From positions 142,531-206,530 of the forward strand of contig JBAZRW010000003.1 of the NCBI GenBank assembly GCA_041662785.1: a stretch of DNA of 64,000 bases, given 5' to 3'. The notes below the pieces were generated by a model. That model ran no database searches and was not told where the DNA came from. It saw only the letters and a list, made by a program, of their open reading frames with translations. The DNA comes from Bdellovibrionales bacterium. Lineage in GTDB: Bacteria; Pseudomonadota; Alphaproteobacteria; UBA9219. Made by a program: the position numbers and the translations under genes. Shown piece after piece: positions 10,125-24,391 of this stretch (positions are counted from its first letter, which is position 1; each line of letters begins with the position of its first letter).

Positions 10125-13100
10125 ATGGCGCAGAGCAATCCTGTCGTTTCCGCAAAAACCACCAGCGGCGGCATTAGAATTCGCAAAAGCTTCGGTCGCA
10201 TTCCCGAAGTGGCTGAGATGCCCAACCTTATTGAGGTTCAGCGCCGCTCTTATGAGTATTTCTTGCAGATGGATGTTCCTCCTGCAAAACGCGACCGCGT
10301 TGGTTTGCAAGAAGTCTTGCGTTCGGCTTTCCCGATCCGCGACTTTGCAGAACGCGCCGTTCTGGACTTTGTCTCCTATGAACTGGAGCAGCCCAAATAT
10401 GACGTTGAGGAATGCCAACAACGTGGCATGACTTTCGCCGCCCCCTTAAAGGTGACTTTGCGCCTGACGGTTTTTGATGTTGATGAGACTACGGGCGTCA
10501 AGTCCATCCGCGACATTAAAGAACAAGATGTTTACATGGGCGATATGCCTTTGATGACCGCCAACGGCACGTTCGTCGTGAACGGCACTGAGCGCGTGAT
10601 CGTCAGCCAAATGCATCGCAGTCCGGGCGTGTTCTTTGACCATGATAAGGGCAAGACGCATGCTTCCGGCAAGTATCTGTTCGCCGCCCGCGTCATTCCT
10701 TATCGCGGTTCGTGGCTGGATTTTGAGTTCGACGCCAAGGATATGGTCTATGTCCGTATCGATCGCCGTCGCAAGCTGCCCGTCACCACGCTTCTCTATG
10801 CTTTGTATGGCGACGAGACGGAAAAGCTGCGCGTTAAGCGCGAGAAGGCTGGCAAGCCTTTAGAGCTTCATGAGATTCAAGGTATGGGCAAGGAAGAGAT
10901 TTTAAGCTCTTTCTATGATCTCGTTCCTTATAAGAAGGTCAAGAATGGCTGGACGACTGCCTTTAATGCCGAGCGCGTCAAGGGTCAGAAGTTGGCCTCC
11001 AAGATTGTCGATGCCAAGAATGGCAAGACGGTTGCGGAAGAGGGGACTAAGATGACCCCGCGCCTAATCACCAAGCTGGTTGATGCGGGCCTGAAGGAAG
11101 TTTTGGTGCAGGCCGAGAACCTGATTGGTTCTTACCTTGCTACCGATATGATCGACGAGAAGACGGGCGTTGTCTTGTTTGAAGCGGGCAATGAGCTGAC
11201 CGCCGAGATCCTTGAGCAGATCGAAGCGACGGGCGTGAAGGAAATCCAGTTGCTGGGTATCGATCACGTCAATGTTGGCCCCTATATTCGCAACACGATG
11301 GCAGCGGATAAGAATGTCTCACGCGAAGACGCGTTGATCGACATTTACCGCGTTATGCGTCCGGGCGAGCCCCCCACCGTTGAATCGGCAGAGGCTTTGT
11401 TCCAAGGCTTGTTCTTTAACCTAGAGCGTTACGATCTGTCGCCTGTGGGCCGCGTGAAGATGAACTCGCGCCTTGGTTTCAAGACCGACGATCAGGTTCG
11501 CGTTTTGCGCAAGGAAGACATCCTCAAGATCGTCAAGATCATGTGCGAGCTGAAAGATGGTCGCGGCGAGATTGACGACATCGATCACCTTGGCAACCGC
11601 CGCGTTCGCTCAGTCGGCGAATTGATGGAAAACCAATATCGTCTTGGTCTGCTCCGTATGGAACGCGCGATCCGCGAGCGTATGAGCAGCATCGAGATTG
11701 ACACGGTCATGCCTCATGACTTGATCAACGCGAAGCCTGCCGCTGCCGCTGTGCGTGAGTTTTTTGGCTCCTCGCAGCTCTCGCAGTTTATGGATCAAAC
11801 GAACCCGCTGTCTGAAATCACGCATAAGCGTCGCGTTTCGGCCCTGGGGCCTGGTGGTTTGACGCGTGAACGTGCGGGCTTTGAAGTCCGCGACGTGCAT
11901 CCCACGCATTATGGCCGTATCTGCCCGATTGAAACACCGGAAGGTCCGAATATCGGTCTGATCAACTCGCTGGCCACCTATGCCCGTGTGAACCAATATG
12001 GCTTTATCGAAAGCCCCTATCGCCGCGTGAAGAGCGCCAAGGTCACGAACGACGTGGTCTATCTCTCCGCGATGGAAGAAGGCCAATATACGATTGCTCA
12101 GGCGAACTCAGAGCTTGATAAGAACGGCAAGTTTGTTTTGGAAATGATTGTTTGCCGTAAGAACGGCGAAGTCATTGTCGCCGCCGCCGAGGAAATCGAT
12201 TTCATCGACGTCTCGCCCAAGCAAATCGTGTCCGTCGCCGCCGCGCTCATCCCGTTCCTTGAGAACGATGACGCGAACCGCGCTCTTATGGGCTCGAACA
12301 TGCAACGTCAAGCCGTTCCCTTGTTGCGCAACGATGCGCCGCTGGTGGGTACGGGTATGGAAGGCGTTGTGGCACGCGATTCCGGCGTGGCCGTTGTGGC
12401 TCGCCGTTCGGGCATCGTGGATCAGGTTGACGCGACGCGCGTTGTTGTGCGTGCGACAGAAAATCCCGATCCAACCGCGCCGACGGTTGATATTTACAAC
12501 ATGTTGAAGTTCCAACGCTCGAACCAAAGCACCTGCATCACGCAGCGCCCGATTATCAAGGTCGGCGATCAGGTTCAGGCGGGGCAGATCATTGCCGATG
12601 GTCCTTCCACGCAGTATGGTGAGTTGGCCTTGGGCCGTAACGTGCTGGTCGCGTTTATGCCTTGGAACGGCTACAACTTCGAAGATTCGATCTTGATTTC
12701 CGAACGTATCGTCAGCGAAGACGTGTTCACCTCTATTCACATCGAAGAGTTCGAAGTGATGGCGCGTGACACCAAGCTGGGTCAGGAAGAAATCACACGC
12801 GACATTCCGAACGTCGGCGAAGAAGCCCTGAAGGCTCTTGACGAAGCGGGCATCGTGTATGTCGGCGCGGAAGTCAATCCGGGGGATATTCTGGTCGGTA
12901 AAGTGACGCCCAAGGGCGAAAGTCCCATGACGCCGGAAGAAAAACTCCTTCGCGCCATCTTTGGTGAAAAGGCTGCTGACGTGCGCGACACGTCGCTTCG
13001 TCTTCCGCCGGGTGTGACGGGAACCATCGTCGAAGTGCGCGTGTTCTCGCGTCGCGGCGTCGAGAAAGATCAACGTGCCATTGCGATTGAACGGAGCGAA

Positions 13101-14390
13101 ATCGAACGCCTCGCCAAGGATCGCGATGATGAGCGTCTGATCATCGAGCGCGGCTATTTTGAGCGTTTGCGCCATCATCTGGTTGGGCAAAAGGCTTCGG
13201 CGGGTCCCAAGAATTTCCCGACGGGCAAAGCCATCACGGAAGAAATGCTGGCCGAGTTCACCAAGGGTCAATGGCGTCAGGTTAGCGTCAAGGACGACAA
13301 GGCGATGGAAAAGGTTGAAGCCATCGGTAAGGTCTTTGATGAACAGTTGAACGCTTTGAAGAAACGCTTTGAAGACAAGGTTGGCAAGCTGCAACGCGGC
13401 GACGAATTGCCTCCCGGTGTCATGAAGCTGGTCAAGGTGTTTGTGGCCGTGAAGCGCAAGCTTCAACCGGGTGATAAGATGGCCGGTCGTCACGGGAACA
13501 AGGGTGTCGTTTCGCGCATCCTGCCTGTTGAAGATATGCCTTATCTGCCCGATGGTCGCCCTGTTGACATCGTCCTCAATCCTTTGGGCGTGCCTTCGCG
13601 TATGAACGTCGGACAAATCCTTGAAACGCATTTGGGGTGGGCGTCGGCCAACCTTGGCCGTCAAATCGGTCAAGCGCTGGATGCCTATCAGCTTCAAATC
13701 GAGCAAGAGAAAAAGGCGTCGCTGGGCGATGTTCGCACTAAGCTTAAGGCCGTTTATGGCGATGACCTTTACAAGGCCGAGATTGCTGGGCTTTCCGACG
13801 AAGATACGGCTGGCCTTGCCAACAATCTGCGCGGCGGCGTTCCCTTTGCCACGCCCGTCTTTGACGGCGCGCGCGAGGCGGATATCGAACGCATGCTAGA
13901 GATGGCGGGTCTTGCCACATCGGGTCAGGAAACGCTGATCGATGGCCGTACAGGCGAAGCCTTCGACCGCAAGGTGACGGTTGGGTATATCTATATGCTC
14001 AAGCTGCACCATTTGGTTGATGACAAGATCCATGCGCGTTCCATCGGGCCTTACAGCCTTGTGACGCAACAGCCTTTGGGCGGTAAGGCGCAGTTCGGCG
14101 GCCAACGCTTCGGTGAAATGGAAGTCTGGGCGCTGGAAGCTTACGGCGCGGCGTACACGTTGCAGGAAATGTTGACGGTCAAGTCGGATGACGTGACGGG
14201 TCGTGCGAAGGTCTATGAGGCCATCGTGCGCGGTGACGACAACTTTGAATCCGGCATTCCTGAATCCTTCAACGTGTTGGTCAAGGAATTGCGTTCCTTG
14301 GGTCTGAACGTTGATCTGGACCAAAAGAAGCTGTTGGAGCTGGCGCAGGCTGAAGAAGATGCGGATGCCGCAGAAGCAGCAGCGGAATAG
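10125..14390 (+). CDS. rpoB: DNA-directed RNA polymerase subunit beta
   Basis: Unmistakable RpoB sequence throughout. Start chosen at the ATG preceded by AGAGGA; the upstream in-frame ATG at 10107 lacks an RBS. Confidence 0.97.
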   Translation: MAQSNPVVSAKTTSGGIRIRKSFGRIPEVAEMPNLIEVQRRSYEYFLQMDVPPAKRDRVGLQEVLRSAFPIRDFAERAVLDFVSYELEQPKYDVEECQQRGMTFAAPLKVTLRLTVFDVDETTGVKSIRDIKEQDVYMGDMPLMTANGTFVVNGTERVIVSQMHRSPGVFFDHDKGKTHASGKYLFAARVIPYRGSWLDFEFDAKDMVYVRIDRRRKLPVTTLLYALYGDETEKLRVKREKAGKPLELHEIQGMGKEEILSSFYDLVPYKKVKNGWTTAFNAERVKGQKLASKIVDAKNGKTVAEEGTKMTPRLITKLVDAGLKEVLVQAENLIGSYLATDMIDEKTGVVLFEAGNELTAEILEQIEATGVKEIQLLGIDHVNVGPYIRNTMAADKNVSREDALIDIYRVMRPGEPPTVESAEALFQGLFFNLERYDLSPVGRVKMNSRLGFKTDDQVRVLRKEDILKIVKIMCELKDGRGEIDDIDHLGNRRVRSVGELMENQYRLGLLRMERAIRERMSSIEIDTVMPHDLINAKPAAAAVREFFGSSQLSQFMDQTNPLSEITHKRRVSALGPGGLTRERAGFEVRDVHPTHYGRICPIETPEGPNIGLINSLATYARVNQYGFIESPYRRVKSAKVTNDVVYLSAMEEGQYTIAQANSELDKNGKFVLEMIVCRKNGEVIVAAAEEIDFIDVSPKQIVSVAAALIPFLENDDANRALMGSNMQRQAVPLLRNDAPLVGTGMEGVVARDSGVAVVARRSGIVDQVDATRVVVRATENPDPTAPTVDIYNMLKFQRSNQSTCITQRPIIKVGDQVQAGQIIADGPSTQYGELALGRNVLVAFMPWNGYNFEDSILISERIVSEDVFTSIHIEEFEVMARDTKLGQEEITRDIPNVGEEALKALDEAGIVYVGAEVNPGDILVGKVTPKGESPMTPEEKLLRAIFGEKAADVRDTSLRLPPGVTGTIVEVRVFSRRGVEKDQRAIAIERSEIERLAKDRDDERLIIERGYFERLRHHLVGQKASAGPKNFPTGKAITEEMLAEFTKGQWRQVSVKDDKAMEKVEAIGKVFDEQLNALKKRFEDKVGKLQRGDELPPGVMKLVKVFVAVKRKLQPGDKMAGRHGNKGVVSRILPVEDMPYLPDGRPVDIVLNPLGVPSRMNVGQILETHLGWASANLGRQIGQALDAYQLQIEQEKKASLGDVRTKLKAVYGDDLYKAEIAGLSDEDTAGLANNLRGGVPFATPVFDGAREADIERMLEMAGLATSGQETLIDGRTGEAFDRKVTVGYIYMLKLHHLVDDKIHARSIGPYSLVTQQPLGGKAQFGGQRFGEMEVWALEAYGAAYTLQEMLTVKSDDVTGRAKVYEAIVRGDDNFESGIPESFNVLVKELRSLGLNVDLDQKKLLELAQAEEDADAAEAAAE

Positions 14391-14402
14391 GACTATAATA
14401 CA

Positions 14403-14693
14403 ATGACTGGCGGATATTTTTATATTCTTGCCAGTCAGAGAAACGGGACACTTTATGTTGGCGTTACGAACGATTTAGCAAGACGCGTGGCGGAACATAA
14501 GGAAGGCAAGATAAAAGGGTTTTCGACGCGTTACGGGATTAAGACGCTGGTTTATTACGAAGTTTATGATCGCATTCTTGATGCGATTGCTCGTGAAAAA
14601 GGCGTCAAGGAATGGAAACGCGCTTGGAAGTTGGAATTGATCGAGAGCACGAATCCGGAATGGAGGGATTTGTATCTTGATCTAAACAAATAG
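14403..14693 (+). CDS. free-standing GIY-YIG nuclease (YhbQ/UPF0213-like)
   Basis: 96 aa, GYFYILASQRNGTLYVGVTNDLARRVAEH = GIY-(10)-YVG motif. Lies 12 nt after the rpoB stop with a TATAAT directly upstream of the ATG. Confidence 0.8.
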   Translation: MTGGYFYILASQRNGTLYVGVTNDLARRVAEHKEGKIKGFSTRYGIKTLVYYEVYDRILDAIAREKGVKEWKRAWKLELIESTNPEWRDLYLDLNK

Positions 14694-14694
14694 C

Positions 14695-14800
14695 GTCATT
14701 CCGGCGCAAGCCGGAATCCAGCGCCGAGTGTCCACGAGGCGTATGAGTCATAAGCGCCGCAGACGCGGCGCACTGGATCCCGACTTTCGTCGGGATGACG
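14695..14800. repeat. MITE-like palindromic repeat, family B copy (inverted relative to 39297)
   Basis: GTCATTCCGGCGCAAGCCGGAATCCAGC ... GCACTGGATCCCGACTTTCGTCGGGATGAC. The core is the reverse complement of the core at 39330-39380. Confidence 0.75.
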
Positions 14801-14877
14801 CAAGGGATGAGGTTTGGCGAAATAGAGCGAGAGTTGTTATAACGAATACGATGCAGAGGAATAGGAGAATAATCGCG

Positions 14878-19421
<4,544 letters not shown>

Positions 19422-19451
19422 GTTTGAATAGATAGACGTCGTTATCAAGAA

Positions 19452-19488
19452 GGCGGAAAAGGACAGGATTCTTTTTCCGCCTTTTTTG
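19452..19488 (+). terminator. rho-independent terminator after rpoC
   Basis: GGCGGAAAAGG...CTTTTTCCGCC hairpin followed by TTTTTTG. Confidence 0.7.
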
Positions 19489-19534
19489 TAGGCAAAATGA
19501 CTATTTATACCAATGAGCTTATGAACTGACGCGT

Positions 19535-19665
19535 AAAGAAAAAAGAAAACGGGATCCCCGCTTTCGCGGGGATGACGATAGCAGGATGAAATTAAACACA
19601 AAACCCGTCATTCCCGCGCAAGCGGGAATCCCGTTTGTTTTCTTTCTCAACGAGTCGTTTCATGA
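19535..19665. repeat. MITE-like palindromic repeat, family A copy
   Basis: AGAAAACGGGATCCCCGCTTTCGCGGGGATGACG - atagcaggatgaaattaaacacaaaac - CGTCATTCCCGCGCAAGCGGGAATCCCGTTTGTTTTCT. Arms are about 38 nt and inverted. Confidence 0.8.
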
Positions 19666-19794
19666 GCCGTTTGGTATTACTCACAAGCCTTAACGCTTGA
19701 AAGTAATAAAATTATGCCTCAAAAAGTCAGAAACAAGCTACAATGATTGAGCAATATGAGTGTTCAAACGATTTTGAAAGAGAGGAATTTTATC

Positions 19795-20409
19795 ATGAAC
19801 ATCATTCAAGAAGATAAGGCGCCAACCGCTTTTCAAAAAGCTGCCAACGCGGTCACCCGTGTGGTGGAAGTTATTGGTTGGGATTTTACAACTATTGCTG
19901 CCGCGACAGGAGCAACTGCTGCTCTGACGGGAAGCGCTGCTGCTTCATGCGTTGCTATGTGTGTCGCCTCATTTTTTACTGATACTGGGCCTTATAATGA
20001 TAGCTTTAGTCGGTATCTGATTAAAGCGAGTCTTTGTATTGGCGGTTTCATTTTTGCTGTGGGGGGAACACTCTTTAGTTCTTCCGCTGAAATGACTCGA
20101 AAAGCTGGAGAGGCGGCGCTTAATCAGGTTATTGAAACGGGCGCACCAAGCGTTTCTGTCCCCCTATCAACAAGAGATTTCATGACAGGCTTTGGTAAGA
20201 AGATTTCTGTGACGGGGACGGCTGAAACATTACGTCAAAATGACTCAGCGACATTTCTTCTGGCATCAGTCAACGGCAAACCGCACTATTATTTTATTCA
20301 CAGAAATGCTGATGGCTCTTTAGTAAGAGATTTCTCCGGCCGTCCCAAAAGAGAAGAAATCCCCTTGCGTGCGCACGATTACAAGTATTCGACCCACGAT
20401 CCAAGATAG
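19795..20409 (+). CDS. hypothetical membrane-associated protein (low GC, MITE-flanked)
   Basis: ORF 19747-20409 trimmed to the ATG with GAGAGGA RBS. Two hydrophobic segments; no recognisable domain. Confidence 0.45.
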   Translation: MNIIQEDKAPTAFQKAANAVTRVVEVIGWDFTTIAAATGATAALTGSAAASCVAMCVASFFTDTGPYNDSFSRYLIKASLCIGGFIFAVGGTLFSSSAEMTRKAGEAALNQVIETGAPSVSVPLSTRDFMTGFGKKISVTGTAETLRQNDSATFLLASVNGKPHYYFIHRNADGSLVRDFSGRPKREEIPLRAHDYKYSTHDPR

Positions 20410-20412
20410 ATG

Positions 20413-20580
20413 GAAAGAAACCAAACGGGATGCCCGCTTTCCCCCTACGCCCTTCGGGCTTCGGCGCGACAGGTCGCGGGCATGACGATAGAGGGTTAGA
20501 TTTAAACACATATCCTGTCATTCCCGCCCCGTATCAAGTACGGGGCAGGCTCCAGCGGGAATCCAGTTTGTTTTCTATCT
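20413..20580. repeat. MITE-like repeat, family A copy with nested inserts in both arm hairpins
   Basis: Arms AAACGGGATGCCCGC[37-nt insert]CGCGGGCATGACG and GTCATTCCCGC[insert]CGGGAATCCAGTTTGTTTTCT around the shared core atagagggttagatttaaacaca. Confidence 0.75.
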
Positions 20581-20622
20581 TAATGAGTCACGTCATCGTG
20601 CCATTTGTATAAAATAGGTGGT

Positions 20623-21090
20623 TTACCCCTGTGGTGGGTCAGAAAAACGAAGGCCAACGCCAAGGCGGTTCCAACTGTTGATTCCGCCGACGGCAAGCGT
20701 CAAAAAGACGATTTCTTTTTCGGAAAAGTTCTTTTTTAGATTTTCATAAAGGGAATCTGATGCTCCTTGCGTGGCGACGTTTGTTAGGGACTCTGTCCAA
20801 GCTAACGCGGCGCGTTCTCTTTCCGAGAAAACTTCGGCATCATGCCAAACCGCCGTTAAATCTATTTTTGTCGCGTCCACACCCAATTTGCGGGCCATCA
20901 TTAGGTGATGTTTGACGCAAAAAGTGCAGCCGTTGATTTGCGAAGCTCTCAGTTTGACAAGCTCCAAAAGGTCTTTGCCTAAAACACCGGATTCATCGAT
21001 AGCCTTGACAACGGACATCATGGCCCCCAGCGCCTCTGGCGCCAGTTTGCAAAAAACATCGAAATCAATGCGGGCATTGGGGGAGGACAT
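20623..21090 (-). CDS. carboxymuconolactone decarboxylase / AhpD-like family protein
   Basis: 155 aa; AhpD-core CxxC..H motif (NGCTFCVKHH). Confidence 0.7.
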   Translation of the reverse strand: MSSPNARIDFDVFCKLAPEALGAMMSVVKAIDESGVLGKDLLELVKLRASQINGCTFCVKHHLMMARKLGVDATKIDLTAVWHDAEVFSERERAALAWTESLTNVATQGASDSLYENLKKNFSEKEIVFLTLAVGGINSWNRLGVGLRFSDPPQG

Positions 21091-21185
21091 GGATATTTCC
21101 TTTCATAGGACATATTTTTTGCATCAAGATGACGAACAGGATAAGCTCTTTTTCTTAAAATGAAATTAATGAACAGGCAGGCTTT

Positions 21186-22115
21186 TTGATGAGTGATCGT
21201 TCGCTGCGCCATCCAGAGAAACAAAAGAATACGGACAGCTTTGGCCCGCCCAAGCCAGAGTGGCTGCACGTGCGTGCGCCAGCTGGGTTTAATTATGCCA
21301 AGACGCTGGAGCTTATGCAGGGGCAAAAGCTCACCACCGTGTGCCAAGAGGCGGCTTGCCCCAATATCGGTGAGTGTTGGAAGCGTAAACATGCGGCCTT
21401 TATGATCATGGGCGATATTTGCACGCGGGCGTGCGCATTTTGCAATGTTGCGACAGGCAAGCCCAAGCGCCTTGATAAGGGCGAGCCGGAAAGGCTGGCC
21501 GCCGCCGCCGCGCAGATGGGCTTGAAGTATGTCATCGTGACATCGGTGGATCGTGATGATTTGTCCGATGGCGGCGCGGCGCATTTCGCGAATGTGATCG
21601 CGGCGCTGCGCGCGGGCGTGCCGGACTGCGTGATTGAAGTATTGACTCCCGATTTCAAGAATAAGGAGGGCGGGGCGCAGACCCTCGCCGCCGCACGTCC
21701 CGATGTGTTCAATCATAACCTTGAAACCGTGCCGCGTTTGTATCCAGCGATCCGGCCCGGAGCGCGGTGTTTTACTTCGCTGCGGCTGTTGCAGCAGGTC
21801 AAGGAAATTGACGCTTCCATCTTTACCAAGTCGGGCTTGATGGTTGGCCTTGGCGAAACGAAGGAGGAAATAGGGCAGGTGATGGACGACCTTCGCGCCG
21901 CTGGCGTGGACTTCCTAACCATCGGCCAGTATTTGCAGCCAACGCCCAAGCATGCGCCGCTTGATCGCTATGTCACACCGGACGAGTTCGCCGCTTATGC
22001 CAAGATGGCCAAGGCCAAGGGCTTTTCGCTGGTGTCTAGCTCTCCGCTCACGCGATCCTCGTATTTTGCGGATGAGGATTTTAAGAAACTAAAGGCCTCC
22101 CGTGATGAACAGTAA
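21186..22115 (+). CDS. lipA: lipoyl synthase
   Basis: Two cysteine clusters CPNIGECW and [10 protein letters not shown] (radical-SAM CxxxCxxC). Confidence 0.95.
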   Translation: MMSDRSLRHPEKQKNTDSFGPPKPEWLHVRAPAGFNYAKTLELMQGQKLTTVCQEAACPNIGECWKRKHAAFMIMGDICTRACAFCNVATGKPKRLDKGEPERLAAAAAQMGLKYVIVTSVDRDDLSDGGAAHFANVIAALRAGVPDCVIEVLTPDFKNKEGGAQTLAAARPDVFNHNLETVPRLYPAIRPGARCFTSLRLLQQVKEIDASIFTKSGLMVGLGETKEEIGQVMDDLRAAGVDFLTIGQYLQPTPKHAPLDRYVTPDEFAAYAKMAKAKGFSLVSSSPLTRSSYFADEDFKKLKASRDEQ

Positions 22116-22788
22116 TGCGATTAAACTCGATCCCTCATGGCTTGCCGTGATTGGCGGCGAGTTCGACCAACCCTATATGCAAAAGCTGAAGCAGTTTTTG
22201 CTGGAGGAGAAAACGGGGCGGCACATTGTCTATCCGCGCGGCGACCATATCTTTAACGCGCTGAACGCGATTCCGTTTGATCGCGTGCGTGTTGTTATCA
22301 TCGGACAAGACCCCTATCACGGCGAGGGGCAGGCGCATGGTCTTTGCTTTTCAGTGCAGGATGGCGTGGCGCTGCCGCCCAGCCTTATCAATATCTATAA
22401 GGAAATTGCGGCGGAGTATGGCTGCGCGATGCCCAAAAGCGGCGACCTTACGCGCTGGGCAAAGCAAGGCGTCTTGCTGCTTAATGCAACGCTGACCGTG
22501 CGGGCGGGGCAGGCGGGCTCTCATCAAAACAAAGGGTGGGAGACATTCACCGACGCCGTGATCCGCGCCGTGAATGACCAGCGCGAGCATGTCGTGTTTT
22601 TGCTGTGGGGGGCCTATGCCCAAAAGAAGGGCGCGATGATCGACCGCACGCGCCACAGCGTTCTAACCGCGCCGCATCCCTCGCCGCTTTCCGCGCACAG
22701 AGGGTTCCTAGGCTGCGGACACTTCCGCGCCGCCAACGAATACCTTGTCCGGCAGGGGCAAGAGCCGATTGATTGGGTGGGGGAGTAA
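22102..22788 (+). CDS. ung: uracil-DNA glycosylase, family 1
   Basis: [19 protein letters not shown] water-activating loop; HPSPLS motif near the C-terminus. Confidence 0.9.
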   Translation: MMNSNAIKLDPSWLAVIGGEFDQPYMQKLKQFLLEEKTGRHIVYPRGDHIFNALNAIPFDRVRVVIIGQDPYHGEGQAHGLCFSVQDGVALPPSLINIYKEIAAEYGCAMPKSGDLTRWAKQGVLLLNATLTVRAGQAGSHQNKGWETFTDAVIRAVNDQREHVVFLLWGAYAQKKGAMIDRTRHSVLTAPHPSPLSAHRGFLGCGHFRAANEYLVRQGQEPIDWVGE

Positions 22789-22811
22789 GGCGCAGTCGCG
22801 CCCAAAAGAAA

Positions 22812-22885
22812 TGGAGCGGGTGAAGGGAATCGAACCCTCATAGCCAGCTTGGAAGGCTGGTGCTTTACCACTAAGCTACACCCGC
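22812..22885 (-). tRNA. tRNA-Gly (anticodon TCC)
   Basis: Reverse complement GCGGGTGTAGCTTAGTGGTAAAGCACCAGCCTTCCAAGCTGGCTATGAGGGTTCGATTCCCTTCACCCGCTCCA folds as a cloverleaf with anticodon-loop UCC. Confidence 0.85.
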
Positions 22886-22935
22886 TCATGGGTGGTTGTT
22901 CTGTATCATGCCGTTTTTACGGCGGCAAGCCGCCG

Positions 22936-23040
22936 TGGGTGAAGGGAATGATCAAAAACAGGCGGAACGCGCCTGTTTTTGCCCCTTCGGGCGCCCCCGC
23001 TTCGCGGGATGCGTCCAAAATGCTTTCGCATTTTGTCGAT
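22936..23040. repeat. 105-bp segment B between 100-bp direct repeats: tRNA-Gly 3'-end fragment + GATCAAAAAC + palindromes
   Basis: TGGGTGAAGGGAAT (matches the tRNA-Gly 3' part) - GATCAAAAAC - CAGGCG/CGCCTG hairpin - TTTTTGCCC - cccgcTTCGgcggg and aaatgcTTTCgcattt hairpins. Confidence 0.6.
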
Positions 23041-23090
23041 CCTCATAGCCAGCTTGGAAGGCTGGTGCTTTACCACTAAGCTACACCCGC
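23041..23090 (-). pseudogene. truncated duplicate of tRNA-Gly (positions 1-50 only)
   Basis: 50 nt identical to the 5' half of the tRNA at 22836-22885, followed by an identical 50-bp upstream region (23091-23140 = 22886-22935); the T-arm and acceptor 3' strand are missing. Confidence 0.8.
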
Positions 23091-23152
23091 TCATGGGTGG
23101 TTGTTCTGTATCATGCCGTTTTTACGGCGGCAAGCCGCCGTTAATTCCTGCC

Positions 23153-23298
23153 GTCATCCCCGCGAAAGCGGGGATCCAGCTGCGAGCGATAGCGAGCGTG
23201 TGAGTCGAACAAGACAACAAACAGCACTTCCCTAGACCTTTTTTGAGTCACGTGGCCCGCAGACGCGGGCCGCTGGATCCCCGCTTTCGCGGGGATGA
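23153..23298. repeat. MITE-like palindromic repeat, family B copy
   Basis: GTCATCCCCGCGAAAGCGGGGATCCAGC ... GCTGGATCCCCGCTTTCGCGGGGATGAC perfect inverted termini around a ~90-bp core. Confidence 0.8.
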
Positions 23299-23512
23299 CT
23301 GGAATAGGTAACAATAAGGCATCATCCTCTATCACGAGCCTTTTATTACAGCAAGATAGAAGTGTAAGAAAGGTATAAAATCCTCTTTCTTTTTCTGTAC
23401 AAATGGGGTAAAAAGCACCGTTCCCAACAAATCAATAAGCTTTGTCCGACGTGATCGCCGGACGGGCGATTCTGGGTTCAAGGACAGTTCTTAATGATTG
23501 TATGAGGCTTTT

Positions 23513-23588
23513 AGGAGTGTAGCTCAATTGGTAGAGCGTCGGTCTCCAAAACCGAAGGCTGCGGGTTCGATCCCCTCCACTCCTGCCA
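23513..23588 (+). tRNA. tRNA-Trp (anticodon CCA)
   Basis: AGGAGTGTAGCTCAATTGGTAGAGCGTCGGTCTCCAAAACCGAAGGCTGCGGGTTCGATCCCCTCCACTCCTGCCA. It has the canonical position upstream of secE-nusG. One C-U mismatch in the T-stem. Confidence 0.85.
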
Positions 23589-23630
23589 CCTCATAATGGC
23601 CAAGAACTTGAAAAAAACAAGGAGCCTACA

Positions 23631-23828
23631 ATGGCAAAGTTAGTTGAGTTTTTTAATGAGACCAAGCGAGAGATCGGCAAGGTGACTTGGCCGACGCAAA
23701 AAGAAATCGTCATGACGACCGTGTTGATTGTGGCCATGGCCTTGGTCGCTGGGTTGTTTTTCTTTTTCGTCGATAACGTCTTGGGTTTCGCAATTAGCAA
23801 GATTTTGGGCATGAGAGCCGGTTCATAA
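23631..23828 (+). CDS. secE: preprotein translocase subunit SecE
   Basis: 65 aa with a single TM helix; conserved GKVTWPT motif; precedes nusG. Confidence 0.85.
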   Translation: MAKLVEFFNETKREIGKVTWPTQKEIVMTTVLIVAMALVAGLFFFFVDNVLGFAISKILGMRAGS

Positions 23829-23840
23829 GGAGCATTCACG

Positions 23841-24371
23841 ATGGCACTTCGTTGGTACGTTATTCACGTTTATTCGGGCTTTGAAAAAAAGGTCGCGCAG
23901 ACCATTCGCGAAACCGCGATGAAAAAAGGTCTTGAAGATTTCTTCTCGGAAATCCTTGTCCCCACTGAAGAGGTGATCGAGGTTCGTCGTGGCAAGAAAG
24001 TCGGGGCCGAGCGCAAGTTCCTTCCGGGCTATGTCCTGATTAAGATGGACCTGACGGACGAGAGCTGGCATCTGGTCAAGAACACGGCCAAGGTCACGGG
24101 CTTTTTGGGCGGCGGCGGCAAGCCTTCGCCTATCTCGGAAAAGGAAGCCCAGCGCATCCTTAACCAAGTCCAAGAAGGCTTTGAACATCCCAAACCCTCT
24201 ATCACCTTTGTGGTGGGTGAGCAGGTTCGCGTGGCCGAAGGGCCGTTTGCCTCATTTAATGGCGTTGTTGAGGACGTGGATGAGGGTAAATCGCGCTTGA
24301 AGGTTGCGGTGTCGATCTTTGGCCGCGCTACGCCAGTTGAGCTGGAATTCACGCAGGTGGAGAAGATTTAG
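23841..24371 (+). CDS. nusG: transcription termination/antitermination factor NusG
   Basis: 176 aa; NGN domain (WYVIHVYSGFEKKV) and KOW domain (VGEQVRVAEGPFASFNGVVEDVD). Confidence 0.95.
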   Translation: MALRWYVIHVYSGFEKKVAQTIRETAMKKGLEDFFSEILVPTEEVIEVRRGKKVGAERKFLPGYVLIKMDLTDESWHLVKNTAKVTGFLGGGGKPSPISEKEAQRILNQVQEGFEHPKPSITFVVGEQVRVAEGPFASFNGVVEDVDEGKSRLKVAVSIFGRATPVELEFTQVEKI

Positions 24372-24391
24372 ATCAACTAAGGAGTAGTTAC

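Noticed and set aside
12108-13706. Long antisense ORFs inside rpoB/rpoC (12108-13706 minus, 16653-19118 minus, and others) and inside rne, the SNF2 helicase gene and guaA
   Set aside because: These lie opposite strongly conserved, clearly coding frames. High-GC genes generate long spurious antisense ORFs, and there are no RBS or domain signals.
14728-14877. N-terminal 50 codons of ORF 14728-15207 (MSTRRMSHKRRRRGALDPDFRRDD...)
   Set aside because: This stretch is encoded by the family-B palindromic repeat (14695-14800), which has the same sequence as the non-coding copies at 39297 and 23153. The coding start was moved to ATG 14878, which has an AGGAG RBS.
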